Shown in pieces: positions 29,426 through 40,312 of a DNA stretch of 64,000 nt. Positions within the stretch are counted from its first letter, which is position 1, and every line of letters begins with the position of its first letter. Made by a program: the position numbers and the translations under genes. Origin of the DNA: an uncultured archaeon (GTDB lineage: Archaea > Altiarchaeota > Altiarchaeia > IMC4 > SCGC-AAA252-I15); the NCBI GenBank assembly GCA_964587725.1, contig CAZPLO010000001.1, positions 128,001 through 192,000 of the forward strand. The letters run 5' to 3'. The notes under the pieces are model-generated. The model was not told the DNA's origin and searched no databases. It saw only the letters and a program-made list of their open reading frames with translations.

Positions 29426-30598
29426 CTAGAATGTCTGGGCCTTGCCCTCCAAGCACTTCCTGGTCATCTCGGTGACGTTCTCCAGCCAGTAGTCCGCTAT
29501 CTCGACCGCCTTCTTCTCCAGCTTCTTCGGCCCCACCAGCTGCACGTCCGCCACCATCGGCTGGTCTATGGGATGGCCTATCTGGCTCAAAATCCGGACG
29601 TAAACCTGGTCCGCACCCTCGTCAGCTATGTCGCGGGCAATCTCCTTAGACAGCAGGTTATAGAGTTTGCCCACGTGGTTGACCGGGTTCTTCCCCGACG
29701 TCGCTTCCATACTCATGGGCCTGTACGGAGTGATTAGCCCGTTGGCTCGGTTGCCCCTGCCCACGGAGCCGTCGTCTCCCTGCTCCGCACTCGTGCCGGT
29801 GACGGTCAAGAACACGCTCTCGTTTTCTATGTCGTCGCCGGTGTTGATTTCCACCTTCACATCCTGGTCGGTGATGCCGGCGATGAAGTCCTTAGCCAGC
29901 CCTGTCATCTCCTCGATGATGCCCTCGTAGTCGCCGATGTTTTTGATGTGGCGGGACACCATGGCGTTGCAGATGGTCAGCACGATTTCATCCTTATGGC
30001 GTTCGCCCATCACCTTGATGTCCTCGCCGGACGCCTTCACCTTCTTCTTCATGGGACCGTTCATGTAGCGCTCCACTTCGTAGGTGAGCTGCTCGGTGAT
30101 GGTGAACGGCGCGAACCCCACTCCGAACGACGTGTCGTTGGCCTTGGGTATGCCCTTCCGCTGGAACACCGAACGCAGGTCAGATGAGCCCAGGCCTATC
30201 TTCTGGTCCAACACCACCTCGTTGTCGATGTCCAGGTGGGGGAAATGCTTCTTCAGGTAGTTTCTGGCTGCCTCGACAGCCACTTCGCCGACGGGAACCG
30301 GGTCACCGTCGACCTCGGTTGTTGCTCGGCCGGACAGAAGAATGTATACGGGGGTGGCTATTTCACCCGCACCCCACACGGGGTTGCTTCTTCCCCCAAC
30401 CAACTCGACCTGGTCGGTGTTGTGGTGCATGATGTGCCCGAAACGCTTCATGTACTCGTTGGACAACGCCCAGCTCACTGTCTCGGCCAGGCCGTCGCAT
30501 ATGCTGTCCGGGTGCCCTATCCCCTTACGCTCAACCAGCTCAACATCCTGTTCAGCCAGCGGCTTCTCATGGGGGGACTCAACATAAATGTTCCTCAT
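29426..30598 (-). CDS. mat: S-adenosylmethionine synthetase (archaeal type)
   Basis: [42 protein letters not shown]. Confidence 0.96.
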   Translation of the reverse strand: MRNIYVESPHEKPLAEQDVELVERKGIGHPDSICDGLAETVSWALSNEYMKRFGHIMHHNTDQVELVGGRSNPVWGAGEIATPVYILLSGRATTEVDGDPVPVGEVAVEAARNYLKKHFPHLDIDNEVVLDQKIGLGSSDLRSVFQRKGIPKANDTSFGVGFAPFTITEQLTYEVERYMNGPMKKKVKASGEDIKVMGERHKDEIVLTICNAMVSRHIKNIGDYEGIIEEMTGLAKDFIAGITDQDVKVEINTGDDIENESVFLTVTGTSAEQGDDGSVGRGNRANGLITPYRPMSMEATSGKNPVNHVGKLYNLLSKEIARDIADEGADQVYVRILSQIGHPIDQPMVADVQLVGPKKLEKKAVEIADYWLENVTEMTRKCLEGKAQTF

Positions 30599-30603
30599 TG
30601 TAA

Positions 30604-31545
30604 TCACTTGGATTTAGCGTCAGACAGACCGTCCGTGGATATCTCGAAAACGCACTCGGCGTCGGGCATGCTCGGAGAATCAATCAACGAGGCAATGCGC
30701 TTGCTGCCCTTGCTCTTCTTCAGGTAAACACGGAAGGTGCTGTGATGGCCGACTATGTGGCCTCCGATGGGTGTGGTGGGGTCTCCGAACATTATGTCCG
30801 GGCGGGCCATCACCTGATTAGTCACTATCACAGCAACGTTGTGCAGGTCGGCCATCTTCCGCTGGAGGGTGTGCATGTGGCGGTTCAATTTCTGCTGGCG
30901 TGAGGCCAGAGTGCCCCTCCCAACGTATTCGGCGCGGAAGTGCGCGGTCAACGAATCCACTATCACGATTTTGATGTCCTTCTCCTTCACAATCTCGGCT
31001 GCTTTCTCGGCCAAAAGCATCTGGTGGTCGCTGTTGTATGCGCGCGCCACCATGATGTTGGCGAGGGCGTCCTCCGGTTTTATCTTGGCGGCCTTGGCCA
31101 TCTGCTGGATTCTCTCAGGCCTGAAAGTGTTTTCTGTGTCGATGTATATTGCACCGCCTTCCAGGCCGCCCTTAGACTTGGGGAGCTGGGCGTTGACAGC
31201 CAGCTGGTGCGCCACCTGTGTTTTACCGGAGCCGAATTTTCCGAACAATTCGGTGATGGCCTGCGTCTCTATTCCGCCTCCGAAGAGTTTGTCGAATTCC
31301 TTGCTGCCGGTTGTGAGTTTACCCACCAAGTCCCGCTTCGCAAGAACGTCCAAGCCGGATTCGAATCCCATCTTCAGGGATTCGCGCGCGGCGCCGATGA
31401 TTTTCACCGCCGTGGCCTCGCCTATGCCGACGTCCTTCAGCTCGCCGGTGGATGCTGTTGCCACAGCCTCCACGCTCGTGTAGCCCGACTCCTTGAGTTT
31501 CTCGGCGATGGTTGCGCCAACACCCGTCAAATCCTCCAATTCCAT
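30604..31545 (-). CDS. radA: DNA repair recombinase RadA
   Basis: HhH N-domain, [29 protein letters not shown]. Confidence 0.97.
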   Translation of the reverse strand: MELEDLTGVGATIAEKLKESGYTSVEAVATASTGELKDVGIGEATAVKIIGAARESLKMGFESGLDVLAKRDLVGKLTTGSKEFDKLFGGGIETQAITELFGKFGSGKTQVAHQLAVNAQLPKSKGGLEGGAIYIDTENTFRPERIQQMAKAAKIKPEDALANIMVARAYNSDHQMLLAEKAAEIVKEKDIKIVIVDSLTAHFRAEYVGRGTLASRQQKLNRHMHTLQRKMADLHNVAVIVTNQVMARPDIMFGDPTTPIGGHIVGHHSTFRVYLKKSKGSKRIASLIDSPSMPDAECVFEISTDGLSDAKSK

Positions 31546-31611
31546 CGTAGAAGCCTTAGTTTATTGTAGTCCGGTTTATTAAATAGCTGGTCGTGAGTGC
31601 TGCGGAAAAGT

Positions 31612-33519
31612 TTAACTGTCCACTATTTTGTCGAGCTTCTTCACCAGCGGACCGCCCTTCACCAGCGAGTGCTTAAGCACGTCCACCAGCGTCTTTGCGG
31701 AAGCGACCTCTATCTGACCCTCATACTTCTTCTCCAACAGCACGTCTTTCACGTTGCTCTCGGGGATGATGACCCTCTTCAATCCCGCTTCGACTGCGGC
31801 CTCTATCTTCTGGGTGACGCCGCCCACCGGCAGCACTTCGCCGCGCACGGTGAGGGAGCCGGTCATTGCCACATCCTGCCGGACCGCAACCTTCTCCAAC
31901 GCAGACATTACCGCCACCGCCACACTCACTGACGCGCTGTCGCCCTCCACACCCTCGTAGGTCTGGAGGAACTGGATGTGTATGTCGTGGTTGCTTATGT
32001 GCTTGCCGGATATCTTCTTGATTAATGCGGACACGTTTGTTACAGCCTCCTTAGCAATCTCCCCCAGCTTGCCGGTGGCGACTATCTGCCCGCTCTTCTG
32101 GCTGTGCGCAGGCGCAACCTCCGCCACAATCGGGAGTACGGTGCCGCCGTCGCCCATCACCGCCAGACCGTTCACCCTCCCTATCTTGCTGCCTTCGGTC
32201 ACGAGTATCTCGTACTCCTTCTTCCTTTCGAGGTAGACGTCGCCGACCTGCTGCTCCAACGTCCGCGCGCTCTTCTTGCCTTCGAGAACATCGTCTGCAG
32301 TGACGTATTTGTGTTTTCTCTCGTTGGCTATGTCCCCAGCCGCCCTTATCAGGCCGCCGAGCTCTCTGAAGCGGAGGGTGAGTTTGTCCCTGGTTCCGGC
32401 GCGGCGCTTAGCCTCCCGTATGATCTCCTCCACCGCCTCCACAGTAAAATGCGGTATCTTCCCGTCCTTAACAATCTCCTGAGTCACGAACTGCACCATC
32501 TTCCTGCGGTTCTCGTCGCTGTCTTCTATGTGTTCTTTCATGAACACCTCGTAGCCGTAACCCCGTATCCTCGACCGCAGCGCAGGATGCATCTGCTCTA
32601 TCACCTGTATGTTCCCTGAAGCAACCAGTATGAAGTCGCATGGGACCGGGTCGGTCATCACCATCGCGCCGCTGCTCATCTCACTCCTCCCGGTTATTGG
32701 AAGCTGTTTCTCCTGTATCGCGGTCAGCAGGTCCAGCTGGGAGTTGCCCAAAGTTCCTATTTCGTCGATGAACAACACGCCCTTGTGGGCTTTGTGTATC
32801 AGGCCTGCTACCACACGGAGGTGGGCGGGCGTCCCCAACCCCCCGGACTGCAGGGGGTCGTGCTTGATGTCGCCGAGCAATGCGCCGGCGTGCGCGCCGG
32901 TGCCCTCGTAGAACGGCGCTGTCTCGTGTTCGGCGTTGTCCACTATAAGGCGGGGGGCGTTGGTCTTCTGCGGCCCCATCATAAAACGTATGTTGACCCC
33001 GAACAATAGGAAAAACACTATCCCGAACGCCATCATCGCCGCAATGATTATGCCGTCTGTTACGACGCCGAATATGTATAATGCGAGCGGCAGGAGGAAG
33101 AACACGAACAACAGCAATGGAATCCTGGACCCCCCTCCCTTCGAGGAGGCGGACTCCTGCTCCCTGGATGCCTTGACAATCTTCCGGCCTTCTCCTGCGG
33201 GAACCACCTTGATTTTGGGGTTGTTTTCGTCGTCGGGGTTGGCGACCGCCAGCATGTCAACCAACACCTCGCTGGGTAGCAGTTCCGCCATAGCGTTGGC
33301 GAGCATGCTCTTCCCCGTACCCGGCTCCCCAATCAAAAGAAGGTGTCTCCGCTGCTTCGCAGCCTTTTTTATGATATCGACGGCCTTCTCCTGGCCTATG
33401 ACCTGGTCTATCAGCTTCTCAGGGACCTTGACTTCGTCGGTTGTCTTGAAGTCGTCCCACGACTTCATGTCGGCGGCGTCCTTCCCCGGCTTCTCCGGTT
33501 TAACGTCTTCTTCAGGCAT
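31612..33519 (-). CDS. lonB: Membrane-bound Lon protease LonB
   Basis: [10 protein letters not shown] hairpin inside the AAA+ domain, catalytic GDSAS Ser and GGVTQK Lys. Confidence 0.96.
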   Translation of the reverse strand: MPEEDVKPEKPGKDAADMKSWDDFKTTDEVKVPEKLIDQVIGQEKAVDIIKKAAKQRRHLLLIGEPGTGKSMLANAMAELLPSEVLVDMLAVANPDDENNPKIKVVPAGEGRKIVKASREQESASSKGGGSRIPLLLFVFFLLPLALYIFGVVTDGIIIAAMMAFGIVFFLLFGVNIRFMMGPQKTNAPRLIVDNAEHETAPFYEGTGAHAGALLGDIKHDPLQSGGLGTPAHLRVVAGLIHKAHKGVLFIDEIGTLGNSQLDLLTAIQEKQLPITGRSEMSSGAMVMTDPVPCDFILVASGNIQVIEQMHPALRSRIRGYGYEVFMKEHIEDSDENRRKMVQFVTQEIVKDGKIPHFTVEAVEEIIREAKRRAGTRDKLTLRFRELGGLIRAAGDIANERKHKYVTADDVLEGKKSARTLEQQVGDVYLERKKEYEILVTEGSKIGRVNGLAVMGDGGTVLPIVAEVAPAHSQKSGQIVATGKLGEIAKEAVTNVSALIKKISGKHISNHDIHIQFLQTYEGVEGDSASVSVAVAVMSALEKVAVRQDVAMTGSLTVRGEVLPVGGVTQKIEAAVEAGLKRVIIPESNVKDVLLEKKYEGQIEVASAKTLVDVLKHSLVKGGPLVKKLDKIVDS

Positions 33520-33561
33520 TTGAGAACAAGTATCTCTAGCAAACCACCGCTTAAATACGTT

Positions 33562-34533
33562 TCACCACGTGACCTCTATGCTGTCGGTCCGCTGGCTGCT
33601 GTCGACCACCGATTCCGCCAGACCCATTCTCACACCCGCAGAGTGCATCTTCTGCGCAGTCAACCCTATCATGACGCCGTTGTCGCCCATGTACTCCGCA
33701 GGAAGGTCGAATCGGGCACCGTGTTCTTCAGACACGAGGCGGAGCATCTCCTGAAGGCGTTTGTTGTATCCTACCCCTCCCGCCAACAGTACTTCATCGG
33801 CTTTCAAGTGGGCTAACGCCCTTTCAGTGACCTCGCACAGCATGGCGAACGCCGTCTCCTGAAGCGAGAAACAAATGTCTTCCAGTGGAACGCCTTTACC
33901 GTGTTTCTGGAGTGCGGCGGTTAGTATGCCCGAAAAGCTCATGTCAGTGCCCTTGACTACGTAGGGGAGTTCAACATACTCGGCGCCTTCTCTGGCCAGC
34001 TCCTCAATCTTCGGCCCAGCAGGATGCTGTAACCCTACTTCGCGGCCGAACTTGTCCAGCATGTTGCCGACGCCCACGTCCAAGGTCTCGCCGAACACCC
34101 TGTAGCGGCCGTCCTTGAGCTTGATTACCTGGCTGTTGGCGCCGCTGACGTAGAGGACGAGTGGGTCCGTGAATCCGCTGAATACTTTGCCGACTTCGAT
34201 GTGGGCTACGCAGTGGTTGACACCCAGCAAAGGTTTACTGTGGTAGAGTGAGAGGGTTCTTGCTGCGGTTGCCACCGTCCTCAAACACGGTCCGAGGCCA
34301 GGGCCCTGGCTGAACGACACCAACCCCGCGTCCTCCATCCGGATGCCGGCTTCGCCCAACGCCCTGTAGACCGCGTCTTTCATCACCGCACCCATATGCT
34401 GGGACGCGTCCCTCGGATGTATGCCGCCCTCCTCCGGCTTATAGGTTTCGCGGACGTCCGCCAACACCTCAAACCCGTCGACCACGCCGACACCCAAGGT
34501 GTGGGCGGTGCCCTCCAAACCCAAGACGATCAT
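33562..34533 (-). CDS. kae1: tRNA t6A synthesis protein Kae1
   Basis: LGLEGTAHT, GIHP, GPGLGPCL, NHCVAHIE, DNG.MI. Confidence 0.96.
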   Translation of the reverse strand: MIVLGLEGTAHTLGVGVVDGFEVLADVRETYKPEEGGIHPRDASQHMGAVMKDAVYRALGEAGIRMEDAGLVSFSQGPGLGPCLRTVATAARTLSLYHSKPLLGVNHCVAHIEVGKVFSGFTDPLVLYVSGANSQVIKLKDGRYRVFGETLDVGVGNMLDKFGREVGLQHPAGPKIEELAREGAEYVELPYVVKGTDMSFSGILTAALQKHGKGVPLEDICFSLQETAFAMLCEVTERALAHLKADEVLLAGGVGYNKRLQEMLRLVSEEHGARFDLPAEYMGDNGVMIGLTAQKMHSAGVRMGLAESVVDSSQRTDSIEVTW

Positions 34534-34618
34534 GGAATAACATGAGGAGGCATAGTATTATTAATATGATGTTGAGGAGATGTTCGAAGGTTTCAGTAGG
34601 CTGGGTGAACGCAACTAG

Positions 34619-35116
34619 TCACTTCAAATCGTTCGTCAGCTTCGGCTTGAACAGTTTCCTGAAAAGATCGGGGCCCTTAGACCCTATGTCGTCCTTGGCT
34701 ATGAAGGCGTCCGCCTTGAGGAGGCGGGCGTCGTCCTCGTATCCCCGCTGGTCGGATTCGAGGACCACCGGCACCCCTGGGACAATCCTCTTCGCCTCCC
34801 CTATCATCCGCAGGCCGCACCGTTCGGTGTCGTCGTGTTTGCCCGGCTGCGGCAGGTCGGGGTAGTAGTTCACGTCGGTAACTACCCCGCAGACCCTGTG
34901 CGCGTTTTTCCTGAGTATGTCGACCGCCACAGAGTATGTGTCAGTGGCTTCCACGTCGATTGCAGCCTTGAATGCCTTGCGTAATGCAGCAACGATAATC
35001 TCCTGGTGGGGTGTGCTGTCTTCAGCCACGACCACTAGCGGTTTAGGGGAGCCCATAATCTGCCCGTTGAATGAGTCGGACTTTTCACGCTGTCCGCCGG
35101 CTGTGGCCTGCATCAT
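34619..35116 (-). CDS. Stand-alone response-regulator receiver protein
   Basis: VVAEDS acidic pair, VVTD phosphoacceptor, ES, FIAK. Confidence 0.7.
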   Translation of the reverse strand: MMQATAGGQREKSDSFNGQIMGSPKPLVVVAEDSTPHQEIIVAALRKAFKAAIDVEATDTYSVAVDILRKNAHRVCGVVTDVNYYPDLPQPGKHDDTERCGLRMIGEAKRIVPGVPVVLESDQRGYEDDARLLKADAFIAKDDIGSKGPDLFRKLFKPKLTNDLK

Positions 35117-35153
35117 TTAAAATATTAAGGCCTGAAGCCGTATTATATCCACG

Positions 35154-35666
35154 ATGGCGTACGGCATACTGTCTGGGATGAAGGTGTTGGTGGGGGACTC
35201 TGACTTGAAGAGCCAGTTGAAGGACCGCGGCTTCGGCGAAATCAAGGGGAAGGCGCTGGTGCTGTCGCTGATAGAGGCAGCGTATCTGGCAGAGTCGGAG
35301 AAACTGGAGGTGGTTAAGGGCAAGAAGACGCTGACGTTTGAGGATATAGTGAATGTCGGCGGCAAGAAGGAGGAGGAGTTCTTGAACAAATACCTCGTCT
35401 ATAAGGACCTCCGGGAACGCGGCATGCTGGTGCGCACGGGACTGAAGTTCGGCACTGATTTCAGACTATACGACCGCGGCAGCAAACTCGGGAAATCCCA
35501 CAGCAAATACCTGGTGCATGTGGTGCCCGAGGAATACACGTGCAGCTTCCCCGAGATGGCACGCGCCCTGCGGCTCGCGAAAAACGTGAACAAGGACATG
35601 ATATACGCGATAGTCGACGAAGAAGGAGACATCACCTACTACCTCGTCGACAGGATGAAACTGTGA
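35154..35666 (+). CDS. endA: tRNA-intron endonuclease (single-unit, alpha4-like)
   Basis: L.EA.YL, VY.DLR.RG, GLKFG.DFRLY, H, K triad, VDEEGDITYY. Confidence 0.95.
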   Translation: MAYGILSGMKVLVGDSDLKSQLKDRGFGEIKGKALVLSLIEAAYLAESEKLEVVKGKKTLTFEDIVNVGGKKEEEFLNKYLVYKDLRERGMLVRTGLKFGTDFRLYDRGSKLGKSHSKYLVHVVPEEYTCSFPEMARALRLAKNVNKDMIYAIVDEEGDITYYLVDRMKL

Positions 35667-35668
35667 AT

Positions 35669-36310
35669 TTAGTAGATTGTCCTGTGGTCCACGTCTATGA
35701 AGCTTTGGCTCATATTGGCTACTGTCCCCCGGACGTCAATCGGCGCGTCCGGTTTGGAGAGGATTCCAATCAACGGCGAAGACACCAGGGTAGTGGTTTG
35801 GCATCTCTCCCTTAAGGCAGGGTCGGTTTTAAGGTAGGATGGAGAAGCCCCCGGTATGTTCGTGTCCACGCGTTCCTTGATGCGCACATAATATGTGTCT
35901 CTAACGCCCGCCGAATCAGGCTCCGAGAATGCTAGTATGGAGCCGGATTCAGTCAATGCGATGACGGCTGCGCTGGTGTCTTTGTCCACGTAGTCCATCT
36001 GCTTCAAACCAGCTTCCACGCCGATTTCAGTGAACACCGCCCGCTTGGTCAGCCAGTTCAACGCCATAGCCTCCCGGAAATCCTCCCGCGACCTGCCCGC
36101 ACCCTTGAGGGGGTAGGCTTCGTCGGCCATACCACGAACCCGCATCCGATAGTCCTCAGGAACCATGCCCAGGAAGGTTTCTCCAGCACCCTTGCGCCTA
36201 GTCAAATCATCCATAACCCTCTGAACCCGCACCTCAGAGCCTCTGTACAGCCCCGGCAGGTTCCGGTCAGGGCCCTGCCCCCTCTTCGGAGCCGGGGAAC
36301 GCGCAATCAC
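35669..36310 (-). CDS. Hypothetical protein
   Basis: 213-aa ORF filling the gap; no recognisable motif. Confidence 0.6.
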   Translation of the reverse strand: MIARSPAPKRGQGPDRNLPGLYRGSEVRVQRVMDDLTRRKGAGETFLGMVPEDYRMRVRGMADEAYPLKGAGRSREDFREAMALNWLTKRAVFTEIGVEAGLKQMDYVDKDTSAAVIALTESGSILAFSEPDSAGVRDTYYVRIKERVDTNIPGASPSYLKTDPALRERCQTTTLVSSPLIGILSKPDAPIDVRGTVANMSQSFIDVDHRTIY

Positions 36311-36341
36311 ATTACTATACGGGAGCGGACGGGTAATAAAT

Positions 36342-37970
36342 TCAACTCAGATATATCTTCTCCTCGACAGTAATTTCCGGTTTCTGTTTGCCGTGTGTGT
36401 AGGTGTATGTTAAACCGCAGTGGTAGGCTGTTTCACCGACGCATGCGGTGATGTGTTTGTTGTCTGAGGCGTGGGGTTGGTTGGGTTTCTTGGCGGACGG
36501 GTCTATGTAAGTCCATGAGCCGTCGTAGTATTCCGCCCAGGCGTGGCCGCGGAGGTCGCTGGCGTTTACGAGGGAGCCGGATACTCTCCTCGCTGGTATG
36601 CCGGCGCACCGGGCCATTGCTATGAACAGGTCGGCGTGTTCGTCGCATGCTCCGCGGCGGTTGATGAAACAGTGTTCGGCGCCGAGTTCCTGGCTGTTGT
36701 ATTCGTACTCGATGTTGTTTCGTATCCAACCCTGTATGCGGCTGACAACTGTGGAGGTGTCGGTGCGGTTGCCCTTCAGTATGCCGGCGCGGTAGCAGAT
36801 GTCGTCTGTTGTCGGGCTGAAGTCGTTCTCCAGCAGGTACAGGGAGGTGAAGTAGTCCTGCTCCGCCTTCACCGGAGGCGGCATGCGGTGGAGTTCGATT
36901 TCATGCGTCACAGAAAATTCCTTAACTCCGTAGGCGGGCATGGGGAAACTGTAAATGTAGAAGACGCCCCCCACCGTGGTGTGCACCTCATCCGGTTCAG
37001 GGTCGAATGAAGAGGAGAGAAGACGCTGCTGGGGCTGATAATCTATGACAGGAGAGCTGACATTCAATGTGACTGAGGCTTCGCCGCCCTCGTTCCTGAC
37101 CACCACCTGCTTCGTCACGTTCAAACTTATCGCGCAGGGGCGGCGGCATATGCTTCCGCAGTCCACGGACTCCTCGCCCTCGTCGACCACATGGTTTACG
37201 CAGTTGTACTGTATGGTGTTGTATCTGTCGACCGCCGAATTGTATGTTACAACGAAGGAGCGGTCCATGTCCCCGGCGTCCGCGAACAGCCGGTTGGCTG
37301 TGAGCCGGTAGCCGTCGACTCCTGTGTTGGCGTACAACACCATGTTGTGCACCGCCTCCAAGTATGTGCCGAGGGTGTCGTTGAAATCCCGCTTCAGATA
37401 ACCGAGGGATTGTGGGGGGTCGGCCGCCGCCAGCCGCACCCGCAACTGCTCAGACAACCCGTAGGTGTCCAAGGCCGCGGCCTTCAGCGCGGTGGTGTCC
37501 TGGTCGCTGTTGTATGCGCGGATGGCTTCAGTGTATTCCGCAGAGGACTCCTCCCACTCCTTCCGCATGCTGCTCACACGGGTGAGGTAGGTGAGTTCAG
37601 GTGACTCGCAAGGCGTGCACGGGCCTCCGCAGTCCACGTCGTCTTCGCCCTGGTTCCGTACGCCGTCGACGCAGGAGGGGGTGCAGTCCCTAGGGCAGGA
37701 GGGGTGGTTTTCACCCTCCTCGCAGACTCCGTTGCCGCAGCAGCCCTGCAGGCGCTGGGGCAGACACTCACCTGAGAAGCACGCGTACTCCATGCAGCCT
37801 CCCCGGCCGAAGCATCCGTCGACGGGGCCCGAAAGCGGCCGATGCTGGCAGACGCCGTCGACGCAGGAGTCGAAGGTGCAGGGATTAGAGTCGTCGCAGC
37901 CCATGCAGGAGAGCTGGGTGCACCCTGAAAACAGGACCAGAAAAAAGATGAAGTATTTCCTCACCGTCAC
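36342..37970 (-). CDS. Exported Cys-rich transglutaminase-like protein
   Basis: Lipobox-like LFSGC, Cys repeats, triad GACDEHA / GHAWAE / YIDP. Confidence 0.8.
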   Translation of the reverse strand: MTVRKYFIFFLVLFSGCTQLSCMGCDDSNPCTFDSCVDGVCQHRPLSGPVDGCFGRGGCMEYACFSGECLPQRLQGCCGNGVCEEGENHPSCPRDCTPSCVDGVRNQGEDDVDCGGPCTPCESPELTYLTRVSSMRKEWEESSAEYTEAIRAYNSDQDTTALKAAALDTYGLSEQLRVRLAAADPPQSLGYLKRDFNDTLGTYLEAVHNMVLYANTGVDGYRLTANRLFADAGDMDRSFVVTYNSAVDRYNTIQYNCVNHVVDEGEESVDCGSICRRPCAISLNVTKQVVVRNEGGEASVTLNVSSPVIDYQPQQRLLSSSFDPEPDEVHTTVGGVFYIYSFPMPAYGVKEFSVTHEIELHRMPPPVKAEQDYFTSLYLLENDFSPTTDDICYRAGILKGNRTDTSTVVSRIQGWIRNNIEYEYNSQELGAEHCFINRRGACDEHADLFIAMARCAGIPARRVSGSLVNASDLRGHAWAEYYDGSWTYIDPSAKKPNQPHASDNKHITACVGETAYHCGLTYTYTHGKQKPEITVEEKIYLS

Positions 37971-38380
37971 TCCCCCTCGTCTGCAGGCTGCCGGGGGTCA
38001 ATGAAGTCCTTAACGTATTTCTTCGCCACCTCAGGGTCAGCCTCCTCCTTCGTGGACGGGAGGTTGAGGTCCTGCAAATCCGACTCCACGGAAGACAACG
38101 CCTCCATCAGCCGGGTGAACTCCTCCGACTCCCCCGACGGGAGAGCGTATTCTGCAATGCATGTGACGCATTCGACGGTGGGTTTAACGTGCAGTCGGTG
38201 GGTTGACGTCAACACGCCGTCGGCTTCCCGGACGAAACCCACCTTCAGAAGAAGCTCCTTCACGGCGCCAGCTGAGTCCCCCGCCACTTCAGCGAGCTTA
38301 TCCTCCCGCAGCTCACCCTCACGCCTAAGCCTCTCCACCACCTCATAGAGGACGGCGGAGCGGGTTGCCCCGGACGCCAC
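37967..38380 (-). CDS. Hypothetical protein (possible winged-helix)
   Basis: Overlaps the next gene by 4 bp; LL.VGFV...DG pattern, C..C. Confidence 0.5.
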   Translation of the reverse strand: MASGATRSAVLYEVVERLRREGELREDKLAEVAGDSAGAVKELLLKVGFVREADGVLTSTHRLHVKPTVECVTCIAEYALPSGESEEFTRLMEALSSVESDLQDLNLPSTKEEADPEVAKKYVKDFIDPRQPADEGE

Positions 38381-38438
38381 ATAAGAATATCCACTGCAGA
38401 GTTAAATAAAAAGAAATAAAGGTAAAGGATTTTACGGT

Positions 38439-39305
38439 ATGGCGGAGCAGATACCCGACCACGTCTACGGAAACACCGTGAGATACCTCATCATACTGTC
38501 ACTGACGGTGTTGTTTATCACATTGTCTCTGGCCAGCTACAGCACCACCGGGTACACACTCACCAAATACCCCGGACTCCACGGCTCCGCGGTGGTGTGC
38601 GTGGAAGGCGAGGTCAACCCCACCAACCAGTCCATAACAGTCATCAACTCCGGCGACGAGCCCACCGTGAACCCGTGGGTGGACGTCAACGGCGACATGC
38701 ATTTGTTCAACATGACCGTGGACGAGGTGGGGGTGAGGAAGCAGACCATGTCCCTGCAGCTGGGATGCAACAACGTAACATACGGGGCGGACTCGGACAC
38801 CAAATTCAAGGTCCGTGTGGAGTACCTCAGCCACTGGCGGCCGGAGGTCAAGTACCTGGACATAGGCAACCTGCAGGTCGGCCACAGCGTACGCTACTTC
38901 ATCGGCGCCGACGATGCCGTGAAGTCGAGGCTGAACATAACAGACATAACCCGCGACACGGCGAAACCCATATTCGAAGGGGAATTCAACGGCACCGCCG
39001 TCCGGTTCAAGATAGAGGAGGCAGGCAACTACAAGGCCGGCGTCCAGGTCTACGACGGCTACGTGTGGAGCGACCTCTACGAGGCAGGATTCACCGCCCA
39101 CGTGATAACAACCAACGAACACAAGAAGACCGTCAGAGTGTACGAGCTCGAAGACGATGATGTGTTGGAGCACGGCGGCATAGTACCCATTGAGATAATG
39201 CCCGACGACAGCGAGTCTCTGAGGTTGGGGAAGCGGGCGTGGAACGGCGCCTACATGCTGGTGAAGCGTCTGACAGACTTAATTAAAGCCAACATCCCTA
39301 TATGA
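38439..39305 (+). CDS. Membrane-anchored hypothetical protein with beta-rich (Ig/PKD-like) ectodomain
   Basis: N-terminal TM, GNYKAGVQVYDG..WS. Confidence 0.6.
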   Translation: MAEQIPDHVYGNTVRYLIILSLTVLFITLSLASYSTTGYTLTKYPGLHGSAVVCVEGEVNPTNQSITVINSGDEPTVNPWVDVNGDMHLFNMTVDEVGVRKQTMSLQLGCNNVTYGADSDTKFKVRVEYLSHWRPEVKYLDIGNLQVGHSVRYFIGADDAVKSRLNITDITRDTAKPIFEGEFNGTAVRFKIEEAGNYKAGVQVYDGYVWSDLYEAGFTAHVITTNEHKKTVRVYELEDDDVLEHGGIVPIEIMPDDSESLRLGKRAWNGAYMLVKRLTDLIKANIPI

Positions 39306-40309
39306 GAACCATGGAGTTGGCTGAACTGCAGCACCTAGCCAAATACCCGTTCCTCAGGAAAAGCAGGGAGTATGTTGCTTCGCTGAATTTGTCATTCGAA
39401 GACATACTCCAGCACCCCATCTACTCCGCAGCCCTCGACCTCGGCAGGAAGAGGGTGCTGGACTGCTTGGACGGCAGATACAGGCCGGAATACGACGACC
39501 GGCTGACAGCGGAACTCACCATACTAAGTTATCCGGTTGCGAGGATGCTGGCACATACAGTGGGCAGAACCACCGCCTTCAAACACGCCTCCGGCGAGGC
39601 CGACGCCGCATACCGGCTGCTGAAGAACGAGGACGACGGAGTCGTGGATGAAATCTCCAGAGACTTGGGCGTGATGGTTGAGGGAGGGGTTATGCCGTTG
39701 GTACAGTACACTAAACTGGCTGCGGGGCTGAGCAGGCAGAACCAGAAGTGGAAGCTCAGCAACAGAGTCGTATACGAGGGAAAAGTGGAGGTCGAATCAG
39801 GGGAGGTCAGGGCCCTGCTGCAGGAGGCTGTTAAAAACCGTGTCATGGAAGCGGTGGACACCCAGAAAATCCCGGACGAGGTTAAAAAACTGGCAAAGAA
39901 CATGAAGGGCAGCCTCACCGGAACCCGGAAGACCATCGAAATAGACTACCTGGAAGAGGACGCCATCGGACCCTGCATCAAAGGCATGCTCTCCGACTTG
40001 GAGGCGGGCATGGCATCCCACACCGGAATGTTCATTTTAGCCACGTTCTTCCACAACCTCGGCTTGAAGAAGGAAGACATACTGGGGATATTCGCGAGGT
40101 CGCCGAAATACGACGAAGAAAAGGCGCTGTACCAGCTCGAATTCCTCACCGGCGAACGAGGCGGCACAGAATACACGTGCCCCACCTGCGCCACCATCAA
40201 AAGCTACGGCCTCTGCAGAGACACCTGCAACGTCAAACACCCCCTCCAATACTACCGCCAACACGCAAAACGGAAACCCAAGGTTATTAAAAAAAAGAAG
40301 AATAAGTAA
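39302..40309 (+). CDS. priL: DNA primase large subunit
   Basis: AKYPF, SYPVAR, WKL.NR, PCI, Y..PTC.T....GLC, HPL.YY. Confidence 0.93.
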   Translation: MRTMELAELQHLAKYPFLRKSREYVASLNLSFEDILQHPIYSAALDLGRKRVLDCLDGRYRPEYDDRLTAELTILSYPVARMLAHTVGRTTAFKHASGEADAAYRLLKNEDDGVVDEISRDLGVMVEGGVMPLVQYTKLAAGLSRQNQKWKLSNRVVYEGKVEVESGEVRALLQEAVKNRVMEAVDTQKIPDEVKKLAKNMKGSLTGTRKTIEIDYLEEDAIGPCIKGMLSDLEAGMASHTGMFILATFFHNLGLKKEDILGIFARSPKYDEEKALYQLEFLTGERGGTEYTCPTCATIKSYGLCRDTCNVKHPLQYYRQHAKRKPKVIKKKKNK

Positions 40310-40312
40310 CTG

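Noticed and set aside
23423-33519. Inteins in MCM, RadA and LonB (also RFC)
   Set aside because: Lengths are normal and the motifs around the Walker A sites are uninterrupted.
34540-34618. Possible C/D box sRNA or micro-ORF in the kae1 upstream spacer
   Set aside because: Only a partial C box (ATGATGT), no CTGA D box, and the 12-codon ORF is unsupported.
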